Shown: positions 34,098 to 44,171, counted from the stretch's first letter. The stretch: 58,980 bases of DNA from a bacterium (GCA_030654225.1 JAURXY010000027.1:1-58980), one strand, 5' to 3'. The notes: generated from the letters alone by a model not told the origin. Numbers and translations: made by a program.

Positions 34098-35267
34098 ATG
34101 AATACATTTAGGAAAATTTTGCGTCTTATCTTGCGGATTGTTTTTTTCTCCGCAGTTTTAATTTTGGCTTTTTGGTTGAGGACAAAATATATTTCCAATC
34201 ATACCGCCACACCTCCTTCGCAAAAAGTTCAGGAGCAAATAGTTGCCTTGGAAAATCCAAGAGCAACCGAATTTCAATGGAAATATAATGGCAAGGATTA
34301 TAAATTATCAAAAACTTTCTACGGCTCACTTTACAATTTTTATGCTAACAGCCCAAAAACATATAGCTACCAAGGAGAGCTTTCCCATGATTGGGAAAAA
34401 GATTATTATGCGATGTTTCTGCGTCATACTTCTAGCGATGATTCCATTTCTCTTTTAGCCACCGATCTCCAAAATTTAGGAGCACAAAGAAAACTCAACG
34501 CTGATCAAATCGTCGAACTCACCTTGGCTTTTGTACAATCCATTCCCTATGATCACTTGCGCGCCGAACAGATACTTTCTGGAAACGGCGTCACTAACTA
34601 TCCCTATGAAACACTTTTTGAAAACAAGGGAGTTTGTTCTGACAAAAGTTTTCTTCTTGCCAATCTCCTAACTCAAATGGGTTATGGCACCGCTCTTTTG
34701 GCCTATGACGACGAGCATCACATGGCAGTCGGAATTGGATGCCCCGCCGAATTTTCTAGCTATGATAGTGGTTATTGTTACGCCGAAACAACCTCCACTG
34801 GCTTTCGCATTGGCATGATTCCAGAAATTGATTCCAAAGAAGGCTCGGCCATTCCAATGGAAAAGAAAAATTATTCGCAAAGTAGTGAGCTGAGTCAATT
34901 TGACGCCAAGAAATTAGGCGAGCCCAAAATCATTTCAGTCTCTTCCGGCAAAACCTATGCCGGCATCGCTGATTCTTTAGCCTTAGCCAAAAAAATTGAC
35001 GCGCTCAGTCGCGAGATAAACACACTTGAAAAAAATCTCTCCGCGCAAAAAAATAATTTCTCTGCTGATGAAACAAAACTTTCCGAACTCGAAAAGAAAC
35101 TCAAAAAACTTGAGAAGAAAAAAGATTATGAAGAATATAATGATCTAGTCGAAGACTATAATGATCTACTGAAAAAATATAAAAAGAAAATCCAAACTTA
35201 CAACGAACAAATTGATGTTTATAATAAAAAAGTGGATTATTATAATTCTTTGGTGAAGGGGTTTTAG
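34098..35267 (+). CDS. membrane-anchored transglutaminase-like protein with C-terminal coiled coil
   Basis: FVQSIPYD...YPYETL....GVCSDKS.LL..LL...GY; HMAVGI; YAETT. Confidence 0.8.
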   Translation: MNTFRKILRLILRIVFFSAVLILAFWLRTKYISNHTATPPSQKVQEQIVALENPRATEFQWKYNGKDYKLSKTFYGSLYNFYANSPKTYSYQGELSHDWEKDYYAMFLRHTSSDDSISLLATDLQNLGAQRKLNADQIVELTLAFVQSIPYDHLRAEQILSGNGVTNYPYETLFENKGVCSDKSFLLANLLTQMGYGTALLAYDDEHHMAVGIGCPAEFSSYDSGYCYAETTSTGFRIGMIPEIDSKEGSAIPMEKKNYSQSSELSQFDAKKLGEPKIISVSSGKTYAGIADSLALAKKIDALSREINTLEKNLSAQKNNFSADETKLSELEKKLKKLEKKKDYEEYNDLVEDYNDLLKKYKKKIQTYNEQIDVYNKKVDYYNSLVKGF

Positions 35268-35626
35268 AAAATATCGCTGACTCGTCCGACCGCTAGTTGA
35301 TTCATCTGATTATCGCTATAATTATCAATATGAGTTGCTATACACAAAAAAGCTACATTTGAACCTTTCACTGCAAACCAAACTCTTGGGGATTGATTAG
35401 GCCTGATATTCGGAACAGAAAGTTCAATCTTCCAGATGCTCCACAAATCATTTTGTGTCACTCTATGCAATTTTGCTGGAGCAATTCTTTGTTGGGGATT
35501 AGTTGGATTAAACTGAAACTCGCACAACATCTTGAAGGCCTCAAGAGCTTTATCCAAAAAAGAAAACCGCCGCTTTAATTTGGCAGTTTCTTTTTCAAAT
35601 GAAGGATGATAAATAAATTCAAGCAT
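35264..35626 (-). CDS. putative RelE-like toxin
   Basis: FIYHPSFEKE..KL..RF, IWKI, RVWFAV; 120 aa, overlaps the upstream Panacea gene. Confidence 0.6.
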   Translation of the reverse strand: MLEFIYHPSFEKETAKLKRRFSFLDKALEAFKMLCEFQFNPTNPQQRIAPAKLHRVTQNDLWSIWKIELSVPNIRPNQSPRVWFAVKGSNVAFLCIATHIDNYSDNQMNQLAVGRVSDIF

Positions 35627-36113
35627 GATTGTTGAAATCAGTTCCTCGATAGAAAGCTAGTTCATAAAATATTTCTTCATTCAATTTTGTTCCTGAATAG
35701 GGGGCTTCGGCGTGTGTCAAATCTTCCAGTTGTTTTCCGTTCAAATTTCCATATTTTGCGATAACCCGATCAAGCATTTTCATTTCTTCCTCAGAAAAAA
35801 CAGAAATTTTAGGATCCTTTAGGCAAGTATAAACTTCAGTTGGATTATATCCATTATGTTCATTTACTGATTCAATTTTTAGTGTCTTTTCTTTTGCCAT
35901 TTCTCGAGTTATTTCATTTAGAGAAACCGGAACTGGTCCCATTGGCAATGCTTTATATTTATCACCTGTGAAATATTTTTGATTCTTTTCAAAAAAATCA
36001 AAATCAACGAAATAGAGCAATTTCGCCAGTTTTTTCTTTCCTCGCACTTCTTTGCCCAACTTAGAACAAAGATAAAGAATAGCTTGTTTATATTTTTCAG
36101 TATGTAGAGTCAT
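35619..36113 (-). CDS. Panacea-domain (DUF4065/SocA-like) antitoxin
   Basis: KKLAKLLYFVD......FTG..Y.ALPMGPVP...L...TH.E.P. Confidence 0.88.
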   Translation of the reverse strand: MTLHTEKYKQAILYLCSKLGKEVRGKKKLAKLLYFVDFDFFEKNQKYFTGDKYKALPMGPVPVSLNEITREMAKEKTLKIESVNEHNGYNPTEVYTCLKDPKISVFSEEEMKMLDRVIAKYGNLNGKQLEDLTHAEAPYSGTKLNEEIFYELAFYRGTDFNNHA

Positions 36114-36284
36114 ATTTTTTATTATCTAAATAATGCCACATTATAATCATTTTCGCAACTTTTTTTCAAACCATCAGACCATATTATAATACCATTTTAA
36201 ATTATAAATAATTTCGCATTAACTTTATGGATGCGACTTTTAAGAAATATTTTTAATTCACTTATATTTTTAATTTTTGTTAAT

Positions 36285-36533
36285 TCATTTTTCTGACTCC
36301 ACTTTTTTTAAATTATAATCACATTGACATTTTTCACATGCAGAGTGATTCAATTTAATTCTAAAATAATCATTATGAAGTATTTCTCCAAACAAGAAAA
36401 ACAATGAGAATAAAATAAATTGACACCAATCTACGCATCCATCATTCTTATAAACTAATATAGCATAAACTAAATAAAATAATTTAAACGGAGAGAAAAG
36501 TTGCGCTGGTAAATCACCAAAAAAACTATTCAT
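36285..36533 (-). CDS. small membrane protein
   Basis: Two hydrophobic segments; operonic with the upstream ORF. Confidence 0.5.
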   Translation of the reverse strand: MNSFFGDLPAQLFSPFKLFYLVYAILVYKNDGCVDWCQFILFSLFFLFGEILHNDYFRIKLNHSACEKCQCDYNLKKVESEK

Positions 36534-36550
36534 TTTCTATAATTTAATAA

Positions 36551-37354
36551 TTAATTTTCTGGGATATAAAGATCGCCCTGTTCTTTCAAGAGTTGCACTA
36601 GTTTTTCATCGGAAAGAATATTGCCTCTCTCATTATTTACTTTTTTAGTTTCATCATTTCCTTCTTGCATTCCCTCAAAAAACATTTTATTTGCTTCAAT
36701 CAAGGAAACTTCGAATTCCTTAGCTACTATTCCCATAACTTCATCTTCCGTTTTTTGTCTTAAGTTGGCATCACTGCTTTCGAGAGATTTTTGATATTTG
36801 GCAGTTTCTCCCAATCCCATAAATCTTAAATAAATTTTTCTTGCTTTTGTAAAATTGGCCGTATCTAGTTTTGGATTTTGATAACCTAGCTCCGGAGTAT
36901 ATTTTATAGCAGTTCCATTTAATGCTTTCATGTCCTCGTTAATAACTGACCATTGAGGATTATTTAAGCTTTCACCCACATTGCTTCTATAAATAACAAC
37001 GAATCTTTCTCCATCTTTTACAACAACCCATCTGCCATCTGAATCTATATATCCGCTTTGTTTCTGAAGCTTAAACACATCATATAATTTTGTACCTAAC
37101 TTAATTTCAAATTTTGAATTTCCCTCATTGATAGTCTTTTGAATTTTATACGCTTGGACCAAAGACAAAGCGCCTAATCTTCCTTCTTTATATTTTATTT
37201 CCTCTGTTTTTTCGTCATTTTTAATAGTATTTATTTCTTTATCAGAACTGCTAAAAATTACTACAATCGTTATAATAAACAGCACGAGAATAGCAAATCC
37301 GTATCCTATATTTTTAATGTCATTTTTACTTTTTTGATTTGTTGCATTTTCCAT
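36551..37354 (-). CDS. membrane-anchored hypothetical protein
   Basis: 267-aa ORF with a single N-terminal TM. Confidence 0.75.
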   Translation of the reverse strand: MENATNQKSKNDIKNIGYGFAILVLFIITIVVIFSSSDKEINTIKNDEKTEEIKYKEGRLGALSLVQAYKIQKTINEGNSKFEIKLGTKLYDVFKLQKQSGYIDSDGRWVVVKDGERFVVIYRSNVGESLNNPQWSVINEDMKALNGTAIKYTPELGYQNPKLDTANFTKARKIYLRFMGLGETAKYQKSLESSDANLRQKTEDEVMGIVAKEFEVSLIEANKMFFEGMQEGNDETKKVNNERGNILSDEKLVQLLKEQGDLYIPEN

Positions 37355-37555
37355 TTTTTTATTATTAAAAATTATTCAATTAACCAACTTTTCCCCAGAT
37401 CCCTTTTTATTACCTCCATGCTACACCAAAAAATAAAAATAACAAAATCCTATCCTGCCACAAAAAATACTACCTAATTTCCTAAAGCTTCGCTTTAGGA
37501 AGAAAAATAAATTATTATAATTCTCTAATAAAAAGTTTCTAAGATAAATAATTTA

Positions 37556-38071
37556 TTATTTCTTAGGCTTTTTCAAAATCGAAAGACCCTTGGCGCTATA
37601 CACACATCCAGGTTTGGGGTATTCATCTGGATCAGGACAACAATCTTCATCCATATGGGAATGTTTTTTAGTTTTACTTTTGCTTGGATTATCACTTGGA
37701 TGCTTGCAAGATATTTTTGCAACGACCGGACGAGGCAAAGGCGCTTTTGGCATCGGTGCTTTTGGTGTCGGCACTTTTACTTCCGGTGGAAGTTCTTCAA
37801 TTATAATTTCAGGGAATGGATCAGGGAGTTTTTTTTCTTCCATTTTTCCGAATATTTTTTCTGCTTCTCCTTTTGGACTATAACTCAATAATATTTTTTC
37901 TTTTGTTAGCGCTTTATTTTTATCTACTTTCTTATCGCTTCCGAAAGATGATTTAGTTATATCAAAATTCAAAATCCAATTCACTAGAAGCATTATCAAA
38001 AATAGTATCACAACACTTCTAGTTGTCGGATCGTACCATCTTTTTTTCCGTTGCTGTTTATATTTATGCAT
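37556..38071 (-). CDS. membrane-anchored protein with Pro-rich linker and Cys-containing tip
   Basis: TM, P..KAP repeats, DEDCCPDPDEYPKPGCVY; start probably 38071. Confidence 0.75.
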   Translation of the reverse strand: MHKYKQQRKKRWYDPTTRSVVILFLIMLLVNWILNFDITKSSFGSDKKVDKNKALTKEKILLSYSPKGEAEKIFGKMEEKKLPDPFPEIIIEELPPEVKVPTPKAPMPKAPLPRPVVAKISCKHPSDNPSKSKTKKHSHMDEDCCPDPDEYPKPGCVYSAKGLSILKKPKK

Positions 38072-38143
38072 ATACTCTATAAAAAAATATTTCAACTTAC
38101 AAAAAACAGCCCCCTCGCTCATTTTGGACTGTTTTTTTTATTT

Positions 38144-38218
38144 TGGAGCGGGTAGGGGGAGTCGAACCCCCGTCCTCAGCTTGGAAGGCTGATATAATAG
38201 CCGTTATACGACACCCGC
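38144..38218 (-). tRNA. tRNA-Gly(TCC)
   Basis: GCGGGTG acceptor stem, TCAGC-CTTCCAA-GCTGA anticodon arm, GTTCGA, encoded CCA. Confidence 0.97.
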
Positions 38219-38320
38219 CTGCCTGATTTGCCTACTTTATTATTTATCCTCAACTGATTGAGTTTGATAGATTTTATTCTTAGTTGGGGCTATTTAATAA
38301 AATAAGCAAATCTGGCAGGC
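38219..38320. repeat. ~105-bp structured repeat, copy A
   Basis: CTGCCTGATTTG...CCTCAACT-hairpin-TTCTTAGTTGGGG...AAAATAAGCAAATCTGGCAGG; abuts the tRNA-Gly 5' end. Confidence 0.9.
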
Positions 38321-38360
38321 ACGCCCTGTTGTCTCATTGCAAGTTTGGCAGGCACGCCCA

Positions 38361-38461
38361 TCATTTTCTACTATCTTACTATATATCCTCAACTGTTTGG
38401 GTTAGCTAATCCTAATTCTTAGTTGGGAAAAAATATAACAAAATAAGAAAGTTTGGCAGGC
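38361..38461. repeat. ~105-bp structured repeat, copy B (left end degenerate)
   Basis: CCTCAACT...TTCTTAGTTGGG...AACAAAATAAG...TGGCAGG; bounded by the direct repeat AAGTTTGGCAGGCACGCCCATCATTTT. Confidence 0.85.
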
Positions 38462-38468
38462 ACGCCCA

Positions 38469-38729
38469 TCATTTTTTATTTCTATGATAATTTTTCAAAA
38501 CTTTTTCTAAATATCCTCGACCCCAGCCACTTTTCAAATATCTTTCTCTTAAAATAGCATCCTCTTTATCTAAAAAAATTTCACAATATACCAATTTCCA
38601 CGGTCTGTGCTTTTTAGTCGATTCATTCATCCCCGCATTATGTTCTTTCAACCTATTGTTTATATTGGAAGTAAAACCCTTATATAAATCACTATTCTTT
38701 TGACTTTCTATCACATAGACATAAAACAT
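38469..38729 (-). CDS. small GIY-YIG nuclease
   Basis: FYVYVIES......YKG.T.N...RL.EHN.G...STK..RPW.LVY.E......A..RE.YLKSG.GR. Confidence 0.95.
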   Translation of the reverse strand: MFYVYVIESQKNSDLYKGFTSNINNRLKEHNAGMNESTKKHRPWKLVYCEIFLDKEDAILRERYLKSGWGRGYLEKVLKNYHRNKK

Positions 38730-38749
38730 TTTTTTGTTTTTGTAATTCT

Positions 38750-38823
38750 TGGTCGGAGTGCTGGGAATCGAACCCAGTCAATATGGTCCCAAACCATACG
38801 TACTACCGGTATACGACACTCCG
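38750..38823 (-). tRNA. tRNA-Pro(TGG)
   Basis: CGGAGTG acceptor stem, TATGG-TTTGGGA-CCATA anticodon arm, GTTCGA, encoded CCA. Confidence 0.97.
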
Positions 38824-38925
38824 CCTGCCTGATTTGCCCGCTTTATTATTTTTTCTCAACTATTTAGGTCAGATAAACTTATTTCTTAGTTGGGGCTATC
38901 TAACAAAATAAGCAAATCTGGCAGG
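38824..38925. repeat. ~105-bp structured repeat, copy C
   Basis: Same architecture as copy A; abuts the tRNA-Pro 5' end. Confidence 0.9.
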
Positions 38926-38994
38926 TAAATCAATATTCCTATCTTACAGTCAAACAAAATCTTCGTCAACTCAAGGATAGCAAAATCCCGTTTA

Positions 38995-39102
38995 CCCGCC
39001 TGATTTTTCTATCTTATCATAACGCCCCAACTGTTTAAATTCGCTGATTTGAATTCTTAGTTGGGGAAAAATATAACAAAATAAGAAAATCTGGCGGGCA
39101 GG
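38995..39102. repeat. ~105-bp structured repeat, copy D
   Basis: CCCGCCTGATTT...AAATCTGGCGGGCAGG; enclosed by the stem AAATCCCGT/ACGGGATTT downstream of hup. Confidence 0.88.
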
Positions 39103-39133
39103 CACGGGATTTCGCTGCTATCTTCCGTAAAAT

Positions 39134-39418
39134 CTATTTTATCGCTTCTTTTAATGCTTTTCCAGCTGTAAACTTTGGAATAGACATTGCAGGAATTTGA
39201 ATCTTAGCTTTTGTTTGAGGATTGATGCCCGCTCTTTCGGCTCGCTTCGAAACTCGAAAAGTTCCAAAACCCGTAAGTGTCACTTTTTCATCATTGCGCA
39301 AAGCCTTAGTCACTACTTCTTCAAAAGTCTCTAGCACTGTTGCAATATCCTTCTTAGACAATTCAGTCTTTTCTGAAATTGCAGATATAAGTGCGTCTTT
39401 ATTCATATTATTTGCCAT
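39134..39418 (-). CDS. hup: DNA-binding protein HU
   Basis: MNK..LI..I, VTLTGFGTF, R.GINPQT...IQIPA...PKF.AGK.LK. Confidence 0.97.
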   Translation of the reverse strand: MANNMNKDALISAISEKTELSKKDIATVLETFEEVVTKALRNDEKVTLTGFGTFRVSKRAERAGINPQTKAKIQIPAMSIPKFTAGKALKEAIK

Positions 39419-39465
39419 AATCCACCTCCTGTTCTAGTTTTAAATTTAAATTAATTCTGCTTTTT

Positions 39466-40998
39466 TTATCTAGCAAATTCCGTCACTCGCAATTCGCGAA
39501 TAACATTCACTTTTATTTCCCCTGGATATTTCAATTCTTTTTCAATTTTGTCTGCAATCGCTCGCGACAATTTGATTGAGCCAAGATCATCAATTTTGTC
39601 AGGTTTCACAAAAACTCGAATTTCCCGACCAGCTTGAATAGCATATGTTTTTTCCACTTCTGGAAAAGACATGGCCACCGCTTCCAATTCTTCTAATCGT
39701 TTCAAATAATTTTCCAAGGAATCTTTTCTGGCTCCAGGACGACTGGCGGAAATCGCATCAGCCGCTGCTATAATCATCGATTCTGGAGTTTCAAATGGAT
39801 AATCCTCATGATGAGATTTCATCGCATCGATAACATCTTTGCCCACATGAAATTTTTCCAAAATCTTTATTCCGATTTCAACGTGCGTGCCTTGAACTTC
39901 ATGATCCACTGCCTTGCCAATATCATGCAAAAGTCCCGCCTTCTTAGCTAGTGCCGCATCGGCTCCAAGCTCGTGAGCTAACGCACCAGAAAGATGCGCT
40001 ACTTCGATTGAATGAAGCATGGCATTTTGCCCAAAACTAGTTCGATAACGCAAGCGTCCGATAATATGAATCAGTTTTGGATCCAAGCCAACTACTCCTA
40101 CATCATAAACTGCTGCTTCACCGGCTTCTTTGATTTTGTTATTCACTTCATTTTTAGCAAACTCAACCGCATCTTCAATTTTGGTCGGATGAATTCGGCC
40201 GTCTCCAATTAGTTTGTCCAAAGCAATTTTGGCAATCTCTCTTCTGATTGGATCAAAACCAGAAATCACAATCGCTTCTGGTGTATCATCTACAATAATT
40301 TCAATGCCCGTTAATCGTTCCAGTGCTTTTATATTTCGTCCTTCTCTACCGATAATTCTACCCTTTACTTCATCAGATGGAATGCTCACAGTAGAAGTTG
40401 TGGCTTCTGCTGAATGTGAACCAGCATATCTTTGAATAGCTTGTGTCATAATGTCCTTGGCTTTTTTGTCCAATTCTTCTCGACCATTATTTTCCATGTC
40501 TTTGAGTTTTTTGCCAAAATATTCTCGGTTTTCTTCCTCGGTAAGTTGGAGTAATATTTTTTTGGCTTGTTCTTTTGGAAGTTCAGCTATTTTTTCCAAT
40601 CTTTTTAGTTCTTGCTTTTTCACTTCATCAACTTCTTTTCGAATTTGTCTGATTTCTTCAGCTTTTTTTTCTAAGCTTACTCGCCCACGCTCAATTTCCT
40701 CCATTTTTGTGTCGAGGATTCCTTCTCTTTTTTCCAGCCTTTCTTCAGAGCGAATTATTTGATTCTCTCTTTCTTGCTCCTTTTTCTTAGCTTCCTCAAG
40801 AATGTTAACCGCCTTGTTTTTTGCTTCAAGAACAATTTCTTGAGATTTTTTTTCTGCTTCTTCTAGAAGATTACTTGCCTTTCCCTCGGCTGTGTGAAGT
40901 TGCTTTTTTGCAATAGTTTGCCTAGCGTAGTAGCCCGCGATTGAACCAACTACCAAACTCAAAACACCAACAATGAGAACTGTTAGACCTAATTCCAT
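39466..40998 (-). CDS. rny: ribonuclease Y
   Basis: TM, coiled coil, KH domain (KGRIIGREGRNI), HD domain (LLHDIGK). Confidence 0.98.
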   Translation of the reverse strand: MELGLTVLIVGVLSLVVGSIAGYYARQTIAKKQLHTAEGKASNLLEEAEKKSQEIVLEAKNKAVNILEEAKKKEQERENQIIRSEERLEKREGILDTKMEEIERGRVSLEKKAEEIRQIRKEVDEVKKQELKRLEKIAELPKEQAKKILLQLTEEENREYFGKKLKDMENNGREELDKKAKDIMTQAIQRYAGSHSAEATTSTVSIPSDEVKGRIIGREGRNIKALERLTGIEIIVDDTPEAIVISGFDPIRREIAKIALDKLIGDGRIHPTKIEDAVEFAKNEVNNKIKEAGEAAVYDVGVVGLDPKLIHIIGRLRYRTSFGQNAMLHSIEVAHLSGALAHELGADAALAKKAGLLHDIGKAVDHEVQGTHVEIGIKILEKFHVGKDVIDAMKSHHEDYPFETPESMIIAAADAISASRPGARKDSLENYLKRLEELEAVAMSFPEVEKTYAIQAGREIRVFVKPDKIDDLGSIKLSRAIADKIEKELKYPGEIKVNVIRELRVTEFAR

Positions 40999-41208
40999 AT
41001 TTTTTTTCTTTATTCAATTGATAAATCATACGGTTTTTTTCAAAATATTACCTAAAAATGCCATATTTATGCTTCTTTTATCAAGAGAAACGAGATAATT
41101 AAAACAAATTAAAAATGTATTGCTACAGATAAATCTTACTTGAAAGAAGCTTTTTTGTCAAAGACCTCGACAAGTGCTATTATTATTAAGTAAAAATAAA
41201 AATTATTT

Positions 41209-42795
41209 ATGCCAAACAAAAAAACTGATACTTCGAGACCAAAGCCTGTCATGCTTATTGTTCTTGATGGCTGGGGAATAGGCGAAGAGAATCGTGGCAA
41301 TGCCATTTCCAACGCTGACCTTCCCACTTTCAAAAAATTAGACGAGTATTATCCAAAAATTGCCCTTCAGGCGTCCGGAATTTCGGTTGGTTTGCCGTGG
41401 GGAGAACCAGGCAATTCCGAAGTTGGCCATATGACCCTTGGTGCAGGAAAAGTAATCTACCAGAATATGCCCCGCATTACTATGGCCATTAATGATGGCG
41501 AATTTTTCAAAAACCCTGCTCTTTTGGAAGCTATTGAAAAATCTAGGAAAAATAAATCAGCTATCCATCTTATGGGACTACTTGGACGTGGTTCGGTTCA
41601 TTCTACACTGGATCATATTTATGCCCTTCTTGAAATGATGCGTGATCAAAAAGTTGAAAAACTTTTTTTGCATGTTTTCACTGATGGACGAGACAGCGCG
41701 CCCAACTCCGGCATTGAAGCCATCAAGGAATTGGAACAAAGATTAGAAAAATATGGCGTGGGAAAAATTGCCACTGTCTCAGGACGATATTTCGCTATGG
41801 ACAGAAACAATAATTGGGATCGAGTGGAAAAAGCCTACAAAGCGATGGTGAGGAGTGAAGGGGAAAAAATTGAAAACATTGAAAAATATTTGACTGCTTC
41901 ATATAAAAAGGAAATTTATGATGAATATATTGAGCCCGCCGTTGTCACAAAAAATGGCGAGCCAGTGGGACCAATACAAGATGGCGACTCAATAATTTTT
42001 TTCAACTACCGCGAAGATCGCGCCCGACAAATCACCAAGGCTTTTACTCTTCCAGGTTTTTCCAAGTTTAAAGTAGAAAAATTCAAGAATCTTTTTTTCG
42101 CCACCATGACTCAATATGAAGAAAGTATTCCGGTTGCCGTAGCTTTTCCACCAATCAAAATTGACATGTGTCTAGGGAAAGTTCTGGGTGAAAAAAAACT
42201 TAGCCAACTGCGAATTGCAGAAACAGAAAAATTTGCTCATGTCACCTATTTTTTCAACGGTGGCAATGAAGAACCCTTTCTCAAGGAAGATCATATTATC
42301 GTTCCTTCCAAGGATGTTTCCAGCTTTGACAAAGCGCCTGAAATGAGTGCTTCGGAAATAACCGAAAAAGTTTTGCAGAATATTGAACGGGACAAATATG
42401 ATTTTATCCTTTTGAATTTTGCCAATGCTGATATCGTCGGCCACACCGGTAATGAAAAAGCTGCGGAAAAAGCAGTGGCGACAATTGATAAATGTTTGGA
42501 AAAAATAATTAAGGCGGTGATTTCCAAGGGAGGTCAAATTCTCATCACCGCTGATCATGGTAATGTGGAGGAAATGTTTGACATTCACACTGGAGAAAAA
42601 GATACCGAGCACAGCGCCAACCCAGTGCCACTTTGGTATATCACCCCTGACAATTTTCGCGATGCCCCGAAAGAAAAAGTCACCTCAGAAATCTCCGGCA
42701 TCCTGAGCGACGTCGCCCCAACAATCCTCGACATCATGAAAATCGAAAAACCCCCTGCTATGACAGGAGAAAGTTTGTTGGAATTTTTGAAATAA
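41209..42795 (+). CDS. gpmI: 2,3-bisphosphoglycerate-independent phosphoglycerate mutase
   Basis: LDGWG, GNSEVGH, AETEKFAHVT, DIVGHTG, TADHGN. Confidence 0.98.
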   Translation: MPNKKTDTSRPKPVMLIVLDGWGIGEENRGNAISNADLPTFKKLDEYYPKIALQASGISVGLPWGEPGNSEVGHMTLGAGKVIYQNMPRITMAINDGEFFKNPALLEAIEKSRKNKSAIHLMGLLGRGSVHSTLDHIYALLEMMRDQKVEKLFLHVFTDGRDSAPNSGIEAIKELEQRLEKYGVGKIATVSGRYFAMDRNNNWDRVEKAYKAMVRSEGEKIENIEKYLTASYKKEIYDEYIEPAVVTKNGEPVGPIQDGDSIIFFNYREDRARQITKAFTLPGFSKFKVEKFKNLFFATMTQYEESIPVAVAFPPIKIDMCLGKVLGEKKLSQLRIAETEKFAHVTYFFNGGNEEPFLKEDHIIVPSKDVSSFDKAPEMSASEITEKVLQNIERDKYDFILLNFANADIVGHTGNEKAAEKAVATIDKCLEKIIKAVISKGGQILITADHGNVEEMFDIHTGEKDTEHSANPVPLWYITPDNFRDAPKEKVTSEISGILSDVAPTILDIMKIEKPPAMTGESLLEFLK

Positions 42796-42992
42796 AAAAA
42801 TAATCTATCTTAATCAAAAAAACGCTTCCGATTTTCGAAAGCGTTTTTTGTATTTTTATTGTCGCAATTCATAAATTTTTATGATTTATAACATTACGCA
42901 ATAACCACACGAATTTTCTACCCAACTACAAAATCCTTGCTCTTTTTTTATACTATGGTATAATAATCTTGTAATAATTAATCTTAAAATTT

Positions 42993-44171
42993 ATGTTAAA
43001 GAAACGCTATCTACAAGCTAAAATAGAGAAAGATCTTGAAAGTAAGATGGTTTTCATTGGAGGTCCCCGTCAAGTCGGGAAAACCACCCTCTCTAACCTA
43101 ATTGGCAAAGAAAAATATCCGGTTTTTTCCTATTTGAACTGGGATAATTCGCAAGATAAAAAAATAATTATGTCTTCAGAATTTGATCCGAAATCAAAAC
43201 TGCTCATTTTCGATGAAATTCATAAATATCCTCGCTGGAAAAACTATATCAAAGGACAATTTGATAAATATAAAGATCGTTTTTCTATCATTGTAACTGG
43301 AAGCGCTCGCTTGGATTTATACAAAAAAGGAGGAGACTCAATGATGGGGCGCTATCATTATTTTCGACTTCACCCTTTTTCATTGGCTGAATTACTTTCT
43401 GCTAAGCTTCCCAGCATTGAACCTTTTACCGAATTAAGCTTTCCTGAAAATCAACAATCTTTTCCAATCTTTCAAAAACTTTTAACCTTTGGCGGATTTC
43501 CAGAATCACTTTTTGCTGAAAATATGGAAACATCCCGTCGTTGGCATAATCAGAGAATTGAACGCATCGTCAAAGAAGATATTCGAGATATTGAAAATAT
43601 TAGAAATCTGTCACTATTGCAAATTTTAGTTGATAATTTGCCTGATCGCGTCGGATCTTTACTGTCTCTCAATTCTTTGCGCGAAGATTTGGAAGTAACC
43701 CACAAGACTATTTCTTTTTGGATGAACATTTTGGAAAATTTTTATTACCACTACAGAATTTATCCCTATATGTCCAAAACAATCCGCTCACTCAAAAAAG
43801 AACCGAAAATGTATCTTTGGGATTGGTCGCAAGTTCCTGATGACGGAGCAAGATTGGAAAATATAGTTGGTTCGCATCTTTTGAAACTTTGCCACTATCT
43901 TCATGATGCCAAAGGCTACAAGGCAGAGCTGTCTTTTTTGCGCGATATTGATCAACGCGAAGTTGATTTTCTCATCACTGTCGACAAAAAACCGTGGCTA
44001 GCAGTTGAAGTGAAAACAACTGAGCAGAAAATTTCCAAAGACTTGTATTATTTTGGAGAAAAATTGAAAATTCCTTTCCGCTATCAATTGACAACCACTG
44101 CGAATGTTGATTTTATCAAAGACAATATAAGGGTAATGAGTGTTGATAAATTTCTAAGCGGTTTAATATAA
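42993..44171 (+). CDS. AAA+ ATPase (AAA_14 + DUF4143)
   Basis: GPRQVGKTT, FDEIHK, TGSARL, KMYLWDW, REVDF. Confidence 0.92.
   Translation: MLKKRYLQAKIEKDLESKMVFIGGPRQVGKTTLSNLIGKEKYPVFSYLNWDNSQDKKIIMSSEFDPKSKLLIFDEIHKYPRWKNYIKGQFDKYKDRFSIIVTGSARLDLYKKGGDSMMGRYHYFRLHPFSLAELLSAKLPSIEPFTELSFPENQQSFPIFQKLLTFGGFPESLFAENMETSRRWHNQRIERIVKEDIRDIENIRNLSLLQILVDNLPDRVGSLLSLNSLREDLEVTHKTISFWMNILENFYYHYRIYPYMSKTIRSLKKEPKMYLWDWSQVPDDGARLENIVGSHLLKLCHYLHDAKGYKAELSFLRDIDQREVDFLITVDKKPWLAVEVKTTEQKISKDLYYFGEKLKIPFRYQLTTTANVDFIKDNIRVMSVDKFLSGLI

Noticed and set aside
38219..39102. CRISPR array
   Set aside because: Units are ~105 bp, irregularly spaced, diverged and interleaved with tRNAs; there are no unique spacers of uniform length and no cas genes in the window.
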